From: Ichthyobacteriaceae bacterium
GTDB lineage: Bacteria > Bacteroidota > Bacteroidia > Flavobacteriales > JADGDT01
DNA length: 64,000 bases
Assembly: GCA_023145615.1 (NCBI GenBank)
Contig: JAGLDK010000008.1
Location: 9,837 to 73,836 of the forward strand
Reading direction: 5' to 3'
In this document: one piece after another, positions 56,052 through 64,000 of the stretch
How the letters are laid out: each line of letters starts with the position of its first letter
How positions within the stretch are numbered: the stretch's first letter is position 1
Translations under genes and position numbers: made by a program
Notes under the pieces: model-generated
Told to the model about the DNA's origin: nothing
Seen by the model: the letters and a program-made list of their open reading frames with translations, nothing else
Database searches by the model: none

Positions 56052-57245
56052 ATGAATTTAAATGAGTTATTGTTCTTTACAATGTTATTTACCATTTTCT
56101 ACACTTATATTGGTTATGGAATTGTAATTTTTACTTTAGTTAAAGTAAAAAGGATTTTCGGAAAAAATAAAACTGACAATTCTAATTATTTCGAACCCGA
56201 AGTTACTTTGGTTGTTCCGGCTTATAATGAGGAAGATTTTATTGATGAAAAAGTTAAAAATAGTTTAGAGTTAGATTATCCTAAAAACAAATTGAAAATA
56301 ATTTTTATTGCCGATGGATCTAACGACGGTACTGTTGACAAACTTAATATGTATAACGAAATTACAGTTTTATACGATGATATTAGAGCAGGAAAATCGG
56401 CTGCCGAAAATAGAGCTATGAAGTTTGTAAAAACTCCTTTTGTTATTTTTTGTGATGCAAATACTTACCTAAATAAAAATGCGGTTAAAGAAATAGTTAA
56501 GCATTATAAGGATGATAATATTGGCGGTGTATCAGGAGAAAAAAGAATTTATACCAAAAATACTGAAATGGCAAGTGGTTCTGAAGGCTTGTATTGGAAA
56601 TACGAATCGTTCTTAAAAAAAATGGATTCCGAATTTTATACAATAGTTGGTGCAGCTGGAGAATTAGTTTCGTTTAGATGTAGTTTAGTTGAAGATTTAG
56701 AAAATGACACCATTTTAGATGATTTTATACAATCGATGCGCATAGTAGAAAAAAAATACAGGTTTGTGTACGAACCAAATGCTTATGCAATGGAAACTCC
56801 ATCAGAATCGGTTAAAGAAGAATTAAAGAGAAAAGTAAGAATTGCAGCAGGAGGTTGGCAAGCAATGTTTAGATTAAAAAGTATTTTAAATCCTTTAACT
56901 CAACCTGTAGTATTTTTTCAATATGTATCTCATAGAGTTTTAAGATGGAGTGTTACTCCTGTTTTATTGATACTAGCTTTTTTTCAAAATATTACTCTAT
57001 TAAATTCTGATAGTAATATTTTTACATACACAATGATTGCTCAACTAACTTTTTACACACTTGCTATTTTAGGTTGGTATTTAGAGAACAAACAAATTAA
57101 AATAAAAGCATTTTTTGTTCCATATTATTTTACAATGATGAATTATGCTGTTATTGCAGGATTTATACGCTTTGTAAAAGGAAGCCAAAAATCGGCATGG
57201 GAAAGATCGAAAAGAGCTAGTGGCGTTAAAAATATGGTTGGATAA
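56052..57245 (+). CDS. Membrane-embedded GT2 (PgaC/IcaA/NodC-like architecture)
   Basis: 397 aa with an N-terminal TM, a GT-A domain (VVPAYNEE, ADGSNDGT, CDAN) and about 4 C-terminal TM helices. Confidence 0.8.
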   Translation: MNLNELLFFTMLFTIFYTYIGYGIVIFTLVKVKRIFGKNKTDNSNYFEPEVTLVVPAYNEEDFIDEKVKNSLELDYPKNKLKIIFIADGSNDGTVDKLNMYNEITVLYDDIRAGKSAAENRAMKFVKTPFVIFCDANTYLNKNAVKEIVKHYKDDNIGGVSGEKRIYTKNTEMASGSEGLYWKYESFLKKMDSEFYTIVGAAGELVSFRCSLVEDLENDTILDDFIQSMRIVEKKYRFVYEPNAYAMETPSESVKEELKRKVRIAAGGWQAMFRLKSILNPLTQPVVFFQYVSHRVLRWSVTPVLLILAFFQNITLLNSDSNIFTYTMIAQLTFYTLAILGWYLENKQIKIKAFFVPYYFTMMNYAVIAGFIRFVKGSQKSAWERSKRASGVKNMVG

Positions 57246-57262
57246 TTTATTCATCATCTCCC

Positions 57263-57313
57263 AAAAAAAAACTAAACCCCTTTACTGATTAGTAAAGGGG
57301 TTTAGTTTTTTTT
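57263..57313. terminator. Bidirectional rho-independent terminator
   Basis: ACTAAACCCCTTTACT GATT AGTAAAGGGGTTTAGT 16-bp perfect stem flanked by A8 and T8. Confidence 0.9.
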
Positions 57314-57354
57314 ATAGATATTTAAATAACTTAGATTCAACTAAATAATCACAA

Positions 57355-57993
57355 TTATTTATTCTTTTCATTAACCAACAATACAACAAAAGGGATTAAA
57401 ACCAATGCAATTGTAATCCACGATTGAGATAACACAGAAGGTATTAGAATAATTGTAAGTAATATACCAGCAATTCCTCCTCCTAAATGTGCGCTATGAC
57501 CAATATTCCCAACCTGATTTTTCATTCCATAAATAGAGTATAAAACATACCCTATTCCAAACAACCAACCCGGAATAGCAATTGGTAAAGGAAATATATA
57601 CAGGCTCATACTTGGTATTAATATTATGGCAGAAAACAATATTCCACTTACCGCACCCGATGCTCCTATTGCAGAATATAATGGATCTTTTTTATTAAAA
57701 TAAACCGATATTAAATTACCCAACACCAACGATCCTAAATAGATTATAATGAAATAAGTTGGTCCTACTACCTTTAAAACTTCGGGGCCGAAAAAAAACA
57801 AGGTAAACATATTGAATATAAAATGAGTCCAGCTTCCGTGTAAAAAACCCGAACTAACTAATCGTACATATTCTTTGTTATGAATTATACTTCCAACCCT
57901 AAGCATATACTTTCCGAAAAAACTATTATCGTTTAATCCTTGATAAGTAACTATTGCATTAACTGCAATTAATAAAAACACAATATTATTCAT
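57355..57993 (-). CDS. Rhomboid-family intramembrane serine protease
   Basis: 212 aa with 6 TM segments, catalytic GASGAVSG and downstream HSAHLGG. Confidence 0.85.
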   Translation of the reverse strand: MNNIVFLLIAVNAIVTYQGLNDNSFFGKYMLRVGSIIHNKEYVRLVSSGFLHGSWTHFIFNMFTLFFFGPEVLKVVGPTYFIIIYLGSLVLGNLISVYFNKKDPLYSAIGASGAVSGILFSAIILIPSMSLYIFPLPIAIPGWLFGIGYVLYSIYGMKNQVGNIGHSAHLGGGIAGILLTIILIPSVLSQSWITIALVLIPFVVLLVNEKNK

Positions 57994-58666
57994 CTTGATT
58001 GTTTTTTAGATACTTCTCTAAAATTGATTCTGAATTTTTAACCGATTTCATTGACCAATTATACTCTAAAGCAAACTTTTCTTCATCGGTTAATTCCCAT
58101 TTTACATCGCTATTTTTCAGTTTATCAACAATTGATTGCAAAATAATAGCAACCGAACTTGATATATTTAAACTTTCGGTAAACCCATACATTGGAATTT
58201 TTATATAACCATCGGCTTGATCAATTATATTTTTAGAAAGTCCTTCTTTTTCTTGTCCAAAAAATATAGCCGAAGGCTTTGTAATATCAAATTCCATTGG
58301 CGATGTAGATCCATAATGAGGAGATGTAGCAATAATTTGATACCCTTTTTTACGCATTGCATCAATAGCAGGTTGCGTATTATCAACCCCTATTTCGTTA
58401 AAAGAATGTACATCAACCCATTTATCCGCACCTTTTGCAACGTGTGTGCTTAAATTAAATTGATGTAATCGTTCGGTAACATTTAAATCCTGAATTCCGA
58501 AAATATCGCACGATCGAAGTATTGCACTTGCGTTATGCGATTGAAAAGGATCTTCAACAACAACTGTAAAATGTTTAGTACGCTGATTAATTACTTTTCT
58601 GATAGTTTTAACCCTATTCTCAGTCATAAAACCTTGAATGTATTCTAAAATTTCCTTTTTCTCCAT
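57986..58666 (-). CDS. SpoU/TrmH-family tRNA 2'-O-methyltransferase
   Basis: 226 aa with SpoU motifs (..HNASAILRSCDIFG.., ..FGQEKEGLS.., ..IPMYGFTESLNISSSVAI). It overlaps the rhomboid gene by 8 nt. Confidence 0.8.
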   Translation of the reverse strand: MEKKEILEYIQGFMTENRVKTIRKVINQRTKHFTVVVEDPFQSHNASAILRSCDIFGIQDLNVTERLHQFNLSTHVAKGADKWVDVHSFNEIGVDNTQPAIDAMRKKGYQIIATSPHYGSTSPMEFDITKPSAIFFGQEKEGLSKNIIDQADGYIKIPMYGFTESLNISSSVAIILQSIVDKLKNSDVKWELTDEEKFALEYNWSMKSVKNSESILEKYLKNNQDE

Positions 58667-58759
58667 CGTTTAATTATTTACTAAAGTTACGGTTGAATTT
58701 AAGAAGTAATAAAAAATAAAGTGGTGTATATTTGTGGGCGTTGTAAAAATTATAATATT

Positions 58760-59527
58760 TTATCTATCATCGAAAACTCCAATACCAAACAGTGCAAAAT
58801 CGTATTTAACAGGGTCGTTAGCATCTAATATACGTAATTGTGTATCTAATTCGGCAACAGCTTTCCAATCGTTTTGTTTTCGGTTTAACATATTTAATTC
58901 TCTGGCAATTCTACCTGAATGTACATCTAAAGGAATTGATAATTTTGAAGGTGAAATGTTTTTCCACAAACCAAAATCAACACCATTATTATCATTTCTA
59001 ACCATCCAACGTAAATACATATTTATTCTTTTGGCTGCACTTCCTTTTAGCGGATTAGAAATATGCTTGGTTGTACGTGCCAAATGCTCTTCTTCGAAAA
59101 ATGCAGTTTTAAGCTGAAAAATTGAATCCTTCATATCTACTTCTCCTTGATGTTTAGTAAAAACACCCTCTAAACCGTTGTGGTTTGTATAAATATGTTT
59201 CAACGATTTTATAAACTGAATAAAATCATTTCCGTTAAAAGTTCGGTGTACAAATTGTTTCAACAAATCAACATCCGAATCTTTATGATTCATAATAAAA
59301 TCTGATGGCGAATTATCCATAAGCTCCATCATTTTATTACAATTTCGGATAATCATTTTTCTATTTCCCCAAGCAATTGTAGCCGCCAAAAAACCTGCAA
59401 TTTCAATATCTTCTTTTTTATTAAATCTATGCGGAATTTGAATAGGATCCGATTCAATAAATTCTAATCTATTATACTTATCAACTTTTTCGTCTAAGTA
59501 ATTTTTTAACTGTACCTCATTCATCAT
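58760..59527 (-). CDS. TIGR02757 (DUF2400) family protein
   Basis: 255 aa. The pattern ..SDPIQIPHRF....DIEIAGFLAATIAWGNR.. matches the family as I recall it. Confidence 0.7.
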   Translation of the reverse strand: MMNEVQLKNYLDEKVDKYNRLEFIESDPIQIPHRFNKKEDIEIAGFLAATIAWGNRKMIIRNCNKMMELMDNSPSDFIMNHKDSDVDLLKQFVHRTFNGNDFIQFIKSLKHIYTNHNGLEGVFTKHQGEVDMKDSIFQLKTAFFEEEHLARTTKHISNPLKGSAAKRINMYLRWMVRNDNNGVDFGLWKNISPSKLSIPLDVHSGRIARELNMLNRKQNDWKAVAELDTQLRILDANDPVKYDFALFGIGVFDDR

Positions 59528-59689
59528 ATAAATAGCTTGCTTCTTTTCAGTTAAATTAAAAATGGTGCAATTTGGTTCTGCAAAAATACATAAACTTTAA
59601 AAGTTTACACAAAATCAAATAACACCAATTTATATGTCTAAATTTTATTTACAACAATTAGTTACATAAAATAAATATTCAAACAAATA

Positions 59690-60448
59690 TTATTTCATAT
59701 CATTAAGTTTAATAACCAATAACTTAAGGTAATCAATAGCTTTAATTATTCTTGAACCGTACCATGAAAACATTTTATGATCTATTACAAAAGTTTCTGC
59801 ATCATGGGTTTGACTAACAATACTAATAATATCTCCATCGCTAAACTCTTCTGGCAAAAACACCAAATCAGGATTTGCAATATGAATATTTGCTCCTGTT
59901 ACAACAGGATATCGTTCTTTTAAATTGGCAAATACGTTTTTTACATTAATTAATTCCATCATAGAACTTATAAAAGTATGGTTACCAGCAGCAATCCATG
60001 GGCTATTTAAAACAAAATAAATACCATTTCTAAACAAAAGTCCTTCTTTTACTTTTTCTAAATCTTTAAGCTGAAGTTCAATTTTAGTAATTATTTTTTG
60101 TGCTTCCAGAGTTTTGCTAAGCAAAGATCCTACTTCTGTAATAAGCTCAATTGCATCTTCAATATTTCTAACATCAATACTAAAAACATTAAAATTATTG
60201 GTTAATTCTAATAAAGTATCGTCATCATAATCGTCAACAGAAACAAATATAATATCCGGATTAAGTCCTTTTATTTTTTCAAAATCAACAGTCTCATTAT
60301 TCGATACTATAGTTTTTTCTATCTGAAAATATTTAGGAATTACACATTTTGATGTTACTCCTTTTAATTGTTTTTCGGCATTAATATCATATATCAACTC
60401 ACTTATGGTTGGAGACAATGATATTATTGAAGTAAATTTTGGTTTCAT
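59690..60448 (-). CDS. BtuF-like / helical-backbone metal-receptor periplasmic-binding-fold protein
   Basis: 252 aa. The N-terminus ..IISLSPTISELIYDI..LKGVT.. and ..PDIIFVS.. are typical of PF01497-type cobalamin/siderophore-binding proteins. No obvious signal peptide. Confidence 0.6.
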   Translation of the reverse strand: MKPKFTSIISLSPTISELIYDINAEKQLKGVTSKCVIPKYFQIEKTIVSNNETVDFEKIKGLNPDIIFVSVDDYDDDTLLELTNNFNVFSIDVRNIEDAIELITEVGSLLSKTLEAQKIITKIELQLKDLEKVKEGLLFRNGIYFVLNSPWIAAGNHTFISSMMELINVKNVFANLKERYPVVTGANIHIANPDLVFLPEEFSDGDIISIVSQTHDAETFVIDHKMFSWYGSRIIKAIDYLKLLVIKLNDMK

Positions 60449-60545
60449 TTGGTGTGGTTTTTAATATAATAATCTGCTATAAATATGTATTTAAAAGTTA
60501 ATGTAAATAAAAAAAATCTATTATATCAAACTATTATAAACAAAT

Positions 60546-60570
60546 AAAGGCTACTAATACAGTAGCCTTT
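60546..60570 (-). terminator. Rho-independent terminator of galE
   Basis: AAAGGCTACT AATAC AGTAGCCTTT hairpin 20 nt past the galE stop, with T-rich flanks on both strands. Confidence 0.7.
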
Positions 60571-60589
60571 TTATATTATTAATTAAATT

Positions 60590-61612
60590 TTATTTTAACG
60601 ATAGTAGGTATTGCTCCCATTTCCAAGCCGATGAAGTCATTTCATCTAAAGTTTTTTCTGCTTTCCAACCAAGTACGTCATTTGCTTTTGTAGTTGAAGC
60701 ATAAGTTTGCTCAATATCTCCATCTCTACGTGGAGCGTAAGAATAATTTAACTCAACACCTGTTGATTTTACAAAAGAATCAATAACCTGTTTTACAGAA
60801 AAACCGTTTCCAGTACCTAAATTAAATACTTCATACTGTTTATCCGACTTGCTTTCTATTAAACGCTCAACAGCTTTAACATGGGCTTTTGCCAAATCAA
60901 CAACATGAATATAATCTCTTACAGCAGTACCATCAACTGTATTATAATCTGTTCCAAAAACCTTTAATTCATCTCTCATACCTATTGCAGTTTGAGTAAT
61001 AAATGGCATTAAATTGTTTGGTACACCAGTTGGGCTTTCTCCATTTTCTCCTGATTCGTGTGCTCCTACCGGATTAAAATATCTTAATGCTATTGCCTTT
61101 AAATTTGTATCGGCAACAGTTTGATCTTGCAACATCTCCTCTCCTATTTGCTTTGTTCTACCATAAGGCGATTCAGCAGGTTTTATTGGAGTATCTTCGG
61201 TAACAGGCAACACGTCGGGCTGACCATAAACTGTACACGACGATGAAAATACTATTCCACTAACATTATTTTCTTTCATAGCATCTAAAACATTTGCTAA
61301 CGAAACCAAGTTGTTTTTATAGTATTTCATAGGAAATTGAACCGACTCTCCTACTGCTTTATAAGCTGCAAAATGAATTACTGCATCAATATCATAATCC
61401 TCGAAAAAATCATCAACTTTAGCACTATCTCTAAGTTTAAACTGTTCGAAAACAGGACGTTTTCCACTTAACTTTTCTATCCTATCTAAAACATCAATTG
61501 TAGAGTTAGATAAATCGTCGATAATAAGTACTTCGTATCCGTTTTTTATCAATTCAATAGCAGTGTGCGAACCAATATATCCAGTACCCCCGGTAACAAG
61601 TATTTTTTTCAT
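60590..61612 (-). CDS. galE: UDP-glucose 4-epimerase
   Basis: 340 aa SDR with motifs ILVTGGTGYIGSH, SSSCTVYG and YGRTK. Confidence 0.9.
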   Translation of the reverse strand: MKKILVTGGTGYIGSHTAIELIKNGYEVLIIDDLSNSTIDVLDRIEKLSGKRPVFEQFKLRDSAKVDDFFEDYDIDAVIHFAAYKAVGESVQFPMKYYKNNLVSLANVLDAMKENNVSGIVFSSSCTVYGQPDVLPVTEDTPIKPAESPYGRTKQIGEEMLQDQTVADTNLKAIALRYFNPVGAHESGENGESPTGVPNNLMPFITQTAIGMRDELKVFGTDYNTVDGTAVRDYIHVVDLAKAHVKAVERLIESKSDKQYEVFNLGTGNGFSVKQVIDSFVKSTGVELNYSYAPRRDGDIEQTYASTTKANDVLGWKAEKTLDEMTSSAWKWEQYLLSLK

Positions 61613-61704
61613 TTGGAAATGTTTTATTTATACAAACCCAAATGTAAACTTTATTTTATAAATAATAATAGTGTAGCCAAATTACATTTTATTTTAAAAC
61701 ACAA

Positions 61705-61739
61705 AAAACCTCTTTATATTATCAACATAAAGAGGTTTT
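61705..61739 (-). terminator. Rho-independent terminator of the OM beta-barrel gene
   Basis: AAAACCTCTTTAT ... ATAAAGAGGTTTT 13-bp stem. On the minus strand it is followed by a T-run. Confidence 0.75.
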
Positions 61740-61776
61740 TTTTATTATAGTTTATTATTGTAATGCAATTTATTTA

Positions 61777-62466
61777 CTACTTTCCTAATGCAAAAACTAA
61801 TCCTCCAGCTATATAACCTTGTACATAAGCCGATCCAGAATTAAGTCCTATTCCTGAAGATCCTCCAGTTCCTATATTAAAGTACATACCTCCAAAACTA
61901 ATTGGAGCTAACATACGAGCTTCTATTTTTATACCAACTTTATCGCTTATATAATGTTTAAATCCTGCACCTAATGTAACTGCAAACTCCCATACATCTT
62001 CGTACGATTGAAGTCGTGTGTTTTCTGGGCTAATTTGAGATGCTCCTAATGAGGTAACTATATAAGGAATGTTTTTTCCATGAGGCATTTCCTTTACAAA
62101 ACCAACTTGATAATAATTTACATTTGTATTTATGTAATCATTACCAGTAAAGAAACCTTTATACCCAATTGCAGTATTTTGTCCGTGCCACGATAATTCT
62201 ACTCTAGAATGCCACGACATCGGAAAACTTAAACTCAGGTTCCATGCTTCAGTATTATCAATATCAAAATTTCCTTTTCGTCCACCAAACATAAAACCAT
62301 ACATTGCTCCAATTTCGGTACTTCTCGATGGAGTTACTTGACGGTTTGAAGTTTGATATTGTTGCTGAGAATTGGTAGCAACACTTTGTTTACGGATAGG
62401 TTGAGCAAATAATGCCACACTTAATAACATCATTAACCCCAATAAAAGAGAGTTTTTTTTAGCCAT
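61777..62466 (-). CDS. Outer-membrane beta-barrel protein (OmpA-beta/OmpW-like small barrel)
   Basis: 229 aa with a signal peptide (..VALFAQP), alternating strand pattern and a C-terminal ..GGLVFALGK. Confidence 0.6.
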   Translation of the reverse strand: MAKKNSLLLGLMMLLSVALFAQPIRKQSVATNSQQQYQTSNRQVTPSRSTEIGAMYGFMFGGRKGNFDIDNTEAWNLSLSFPMSWHSRVELSWHGQNTAIGYKGFFTGNDYINTNVNYYQVGFVKEMPHGKNIPYIVTSLGASQISPENTRLQSYEDVWEFAVTLGAGFKHYISDKVGIKIEARMLAPISFGGMYFNIGTGGSSGIGLNSGSAYVQGYIAGGLVFALGK

Positions 62467-62725
62467 CTTATTACAATTTTAAGTTAAAAGTTTGCATCAA
62501 AAAATATCAATATTTTTTTAATATCAATATCACAATTCAAATAGCCATATAAAATGTAGTATGCATTTATAATACTATAATTACTTGAAAATATCAATGC
62601 AATGAAAATCAAAACTTTAAGGTAGCTTTATAATTAAATAAGCAAGTACTCTATCATACATTCGGAATGTATATTCGATAAAACGCAAATAATAAGTATG
62701 TAAATACATAATTATTCAACATAAA

Positions 62726-62771
62726 AAAATGCACTTAAACAGTTTGATATAAACTATTTAAGTGCATTTTT
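62726..62771 (-). terminator. Rho-independent terminator of the FAD-protein gene
   Basis: AAAAATGCACTTAAA ... TTTAAGTGCATTTTT stem with a long partly paired loop, 28 nt past the stop at 62799. Confidence 0.65.
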
Positions 62772-62798
62772 AAAATAATATATTCTTATTTAAAAGCT

Positions 62799-64000
62799 TT
62801 ATAACAACTGAACAAGTGCTTCGGCACATCGTTCTCCATCAACTGCCGCCGATACAATTCCTCCTGCATATCCTGCACCTTCTCCCGAAGGGAAAAGTCC
62901 TTTTATTTGTGGGTGTTCTAAAGTTTCTTTATCTCTTGGAATACGTACAGGCGATGAAGTTCGAGATTCAACACCAATTACCTGAGCTTCGTTTGTAATA
63001 AAGCCATGCATTTTTTTTCCGAAATCTTTAAATCCATTTTGCAACTGCTTACCAATTACAGAAGGTAACATTTCGTGCATTGGTACCGATGTTAACCCTG
63101 GTACGTACGATGTTGGCCCTAAATTATTAGAAACCTTACCCTTTATAAAATCAACCATACGCTGTGCTGGTGCGGCTTGTGTTTTTCCTCCGGCAATAAA
63201 AGCAGCATTTTCTAACGCTTTTTGATAATACATTCCTGCCAAAGGACCGTACTTATTATATTCTTTATAATCTTCGGGGTTTAATGAAACTACCATTCCT
63301 GAATTTGCAAACTCATTACTACGTGTAGATGGCGACATTCCGTTTACCACAACTTCGTCGGGTGCAGTTGCCGATGGAACAATAAACCCACCCGGACACA
63401 TACAAAACGAATACACTCCTCGGTTGTTCGATTGTGTAACAAGCTTATATGCTGCGGCAGGTAAATCAGGTCCTCGTAAATCGCAATGATACTGAATACT
63501 ATCAATTAACTCTTGCGGATGCTCTAAACGAACGCCCATTGCAAACGATTTCGATTCAATATAAATTTCTTTGCGGTGCAAAAGTTCGTAAATATCTCGT
63601 GCCGAATGCCCTGTAGCAAGTATAACCCCTTCTCCATCAAAAGTATTACCATCAACGGTTTTTACCCCTGTTATTTTATTACCTTCAATAATAAAATCGT
63701 TTACTTTTTTATCAAATAAATACTCTCCACCAGCATTAATAATACTTTCTCTAATTGCCTCAACAATATGCGGTAATTTATTTGTACCAATATGAGGCTG
63801 AGAATTTACAGCAATATCTTCAACAGCTCCATGAGCTATTAAAATATTTAAAATTCTTTTTACGTTACCTCGTTTTTTAGATCGGGTGTATAATTTTCCA
63901 TCAGAATAAGTACCAGCACCACCTTCTCCAAAGCAATAGTTCGATTCGGGGTTAACAATATTATCCAGATTAATTTTCTTTAAATCCTTACGTCTCGATT
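62799..64000 (-). CDS. FAD-dependent protein (COG2509-type), C-terminal part; gene continues past the right window edge
   Basis: The track ORF 62799..63581 starts at an internal TTG. Own translation shows the frame stays open upstream (..VILATGHSARDIYELLHRKEIY..) to position 64000. Confidence 0.8.
   Translation of the reverse strand, partial: SRRKDLKKINLDNIVNPESNYCFGEGGAGTYSDGKLYTRSKKRGNVKRILNILIAHGAVEDIAVNSQPHIGTNKLPHIVEAIRESIINAGGEYLFDKKVNDFIIEGNKITGVKTVDGNTFDGEGVILATGHSARDIYELLHRKEIYIESKSFAMGVRLEHPQELIDSIQYHCDLRGPDLPAAAYKLVTQSNNRGVYSFCMCPGGFIVPSATAPDEVVVNGMSPSTRSNEFANSGMVVSLNPEDYKEYNKYGPLAGMYYQKALENAAFIAGGKTQAAPAQRMVDFIKGKVSNNLGPTSYVPGLTSVPMHEMLPSVIGKQLQNGFKDFGKKMHGFITNEAQVIGVESRTSSPVRIPRDKETLEHPQIKGLFPSGEGAGYAGGIVSAAVDGERCAEALVQLL

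Noticed and set aside
57999-59117. Plus-strand ORFs 57999..58208, 58217..58453 and 58734..59117, opposite the trmH-like and TIGR02757 genes. Also 61565..61750, which overlaps the galE start and a terminator.
   Set aside because: They are antisense shadows with no independent support.
1-64000. Search for CRISPR arrays, IS elements, integrases, tRNA/rRNA genes or prophage/defence-island signatures.
   Set aside because: - No spaced direct-repeat arrays were found. The only tandem repeats are the two tetranucleotide tracts.
- No transposase-, integrase- or nuclease-like ORFs appear in the track.
- No GC-rich cloverleaf-like segments were seen.
- The accessory character of the window is confined to polysaccharide biosynthesis.

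Overview
Low-GC Bacteroidota-type chromosomal window. This is inferred from TAnnTTTG -7 boxes, the lack of Shine-Dalgarno leaders, and TonB-dependent receptors with CarboxypepD_reg N-termini. All domain calls were made by eye from the translations; no searches were run.

Layout:
- 1-16.7 kb, mostly housekeeping: truncated 3-hydroxyacyl-CoA dehydrogenase, MarR, a frameshifted TonB-dependent receptor, DUF4290, mtaB, lnt, a second TonB-dependent receptor, rpsA, aqpZ, mgsA.
- 16.9-46.1 kb: one ~29-kb, 23-gene, all-minus-strand Wzx/Wzy-type surface-polysaccharide locus.
- 46.9-64 kb: ndk, thiolase, an orphan LytTR response regulator, an EamA transporter, a porin-like barrel, a second cluster of four glycosyltransferases (two are membrane-embedded synthase-like GT2s), rhomboid, trmH-like, TIGR02757, a BtuF-like binding protein, galE, an OM beta-barrel and a truncated FAD protein.

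No rRNA, tRNA, CRISPR array, transposase or integrase was seen.

The polysaccharide locus is the part worth a second look:
- A translationally coupled 5-gene cassette (DegT aminotransferase, ATP-grasp-HAD fusion, GNAT, class-V aminotransferase, small cytidylyltransferase) that I do not recognise as a characterised pathway.
- An ArnB/ArnC/ArnT-like trio for undecaprenyl-phosphate-linked amino-sugar decoration.
- A GpsA-TagD fusion plus a TagF-like transferase, which implies glycerol-phosphate (teichoic-like) chemistry.
- A decayed duplicate of a cytidylyltransferase 3' end that marks a recombination seam.

Outside the locus:
- The TonB-dependent receptor is broken exactly at an (AAAC)4 repeat, and loss of one unit restores the frame.
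- A 15-mer (AACACTCCGTTAAAT) recurs in intergenic DNA.
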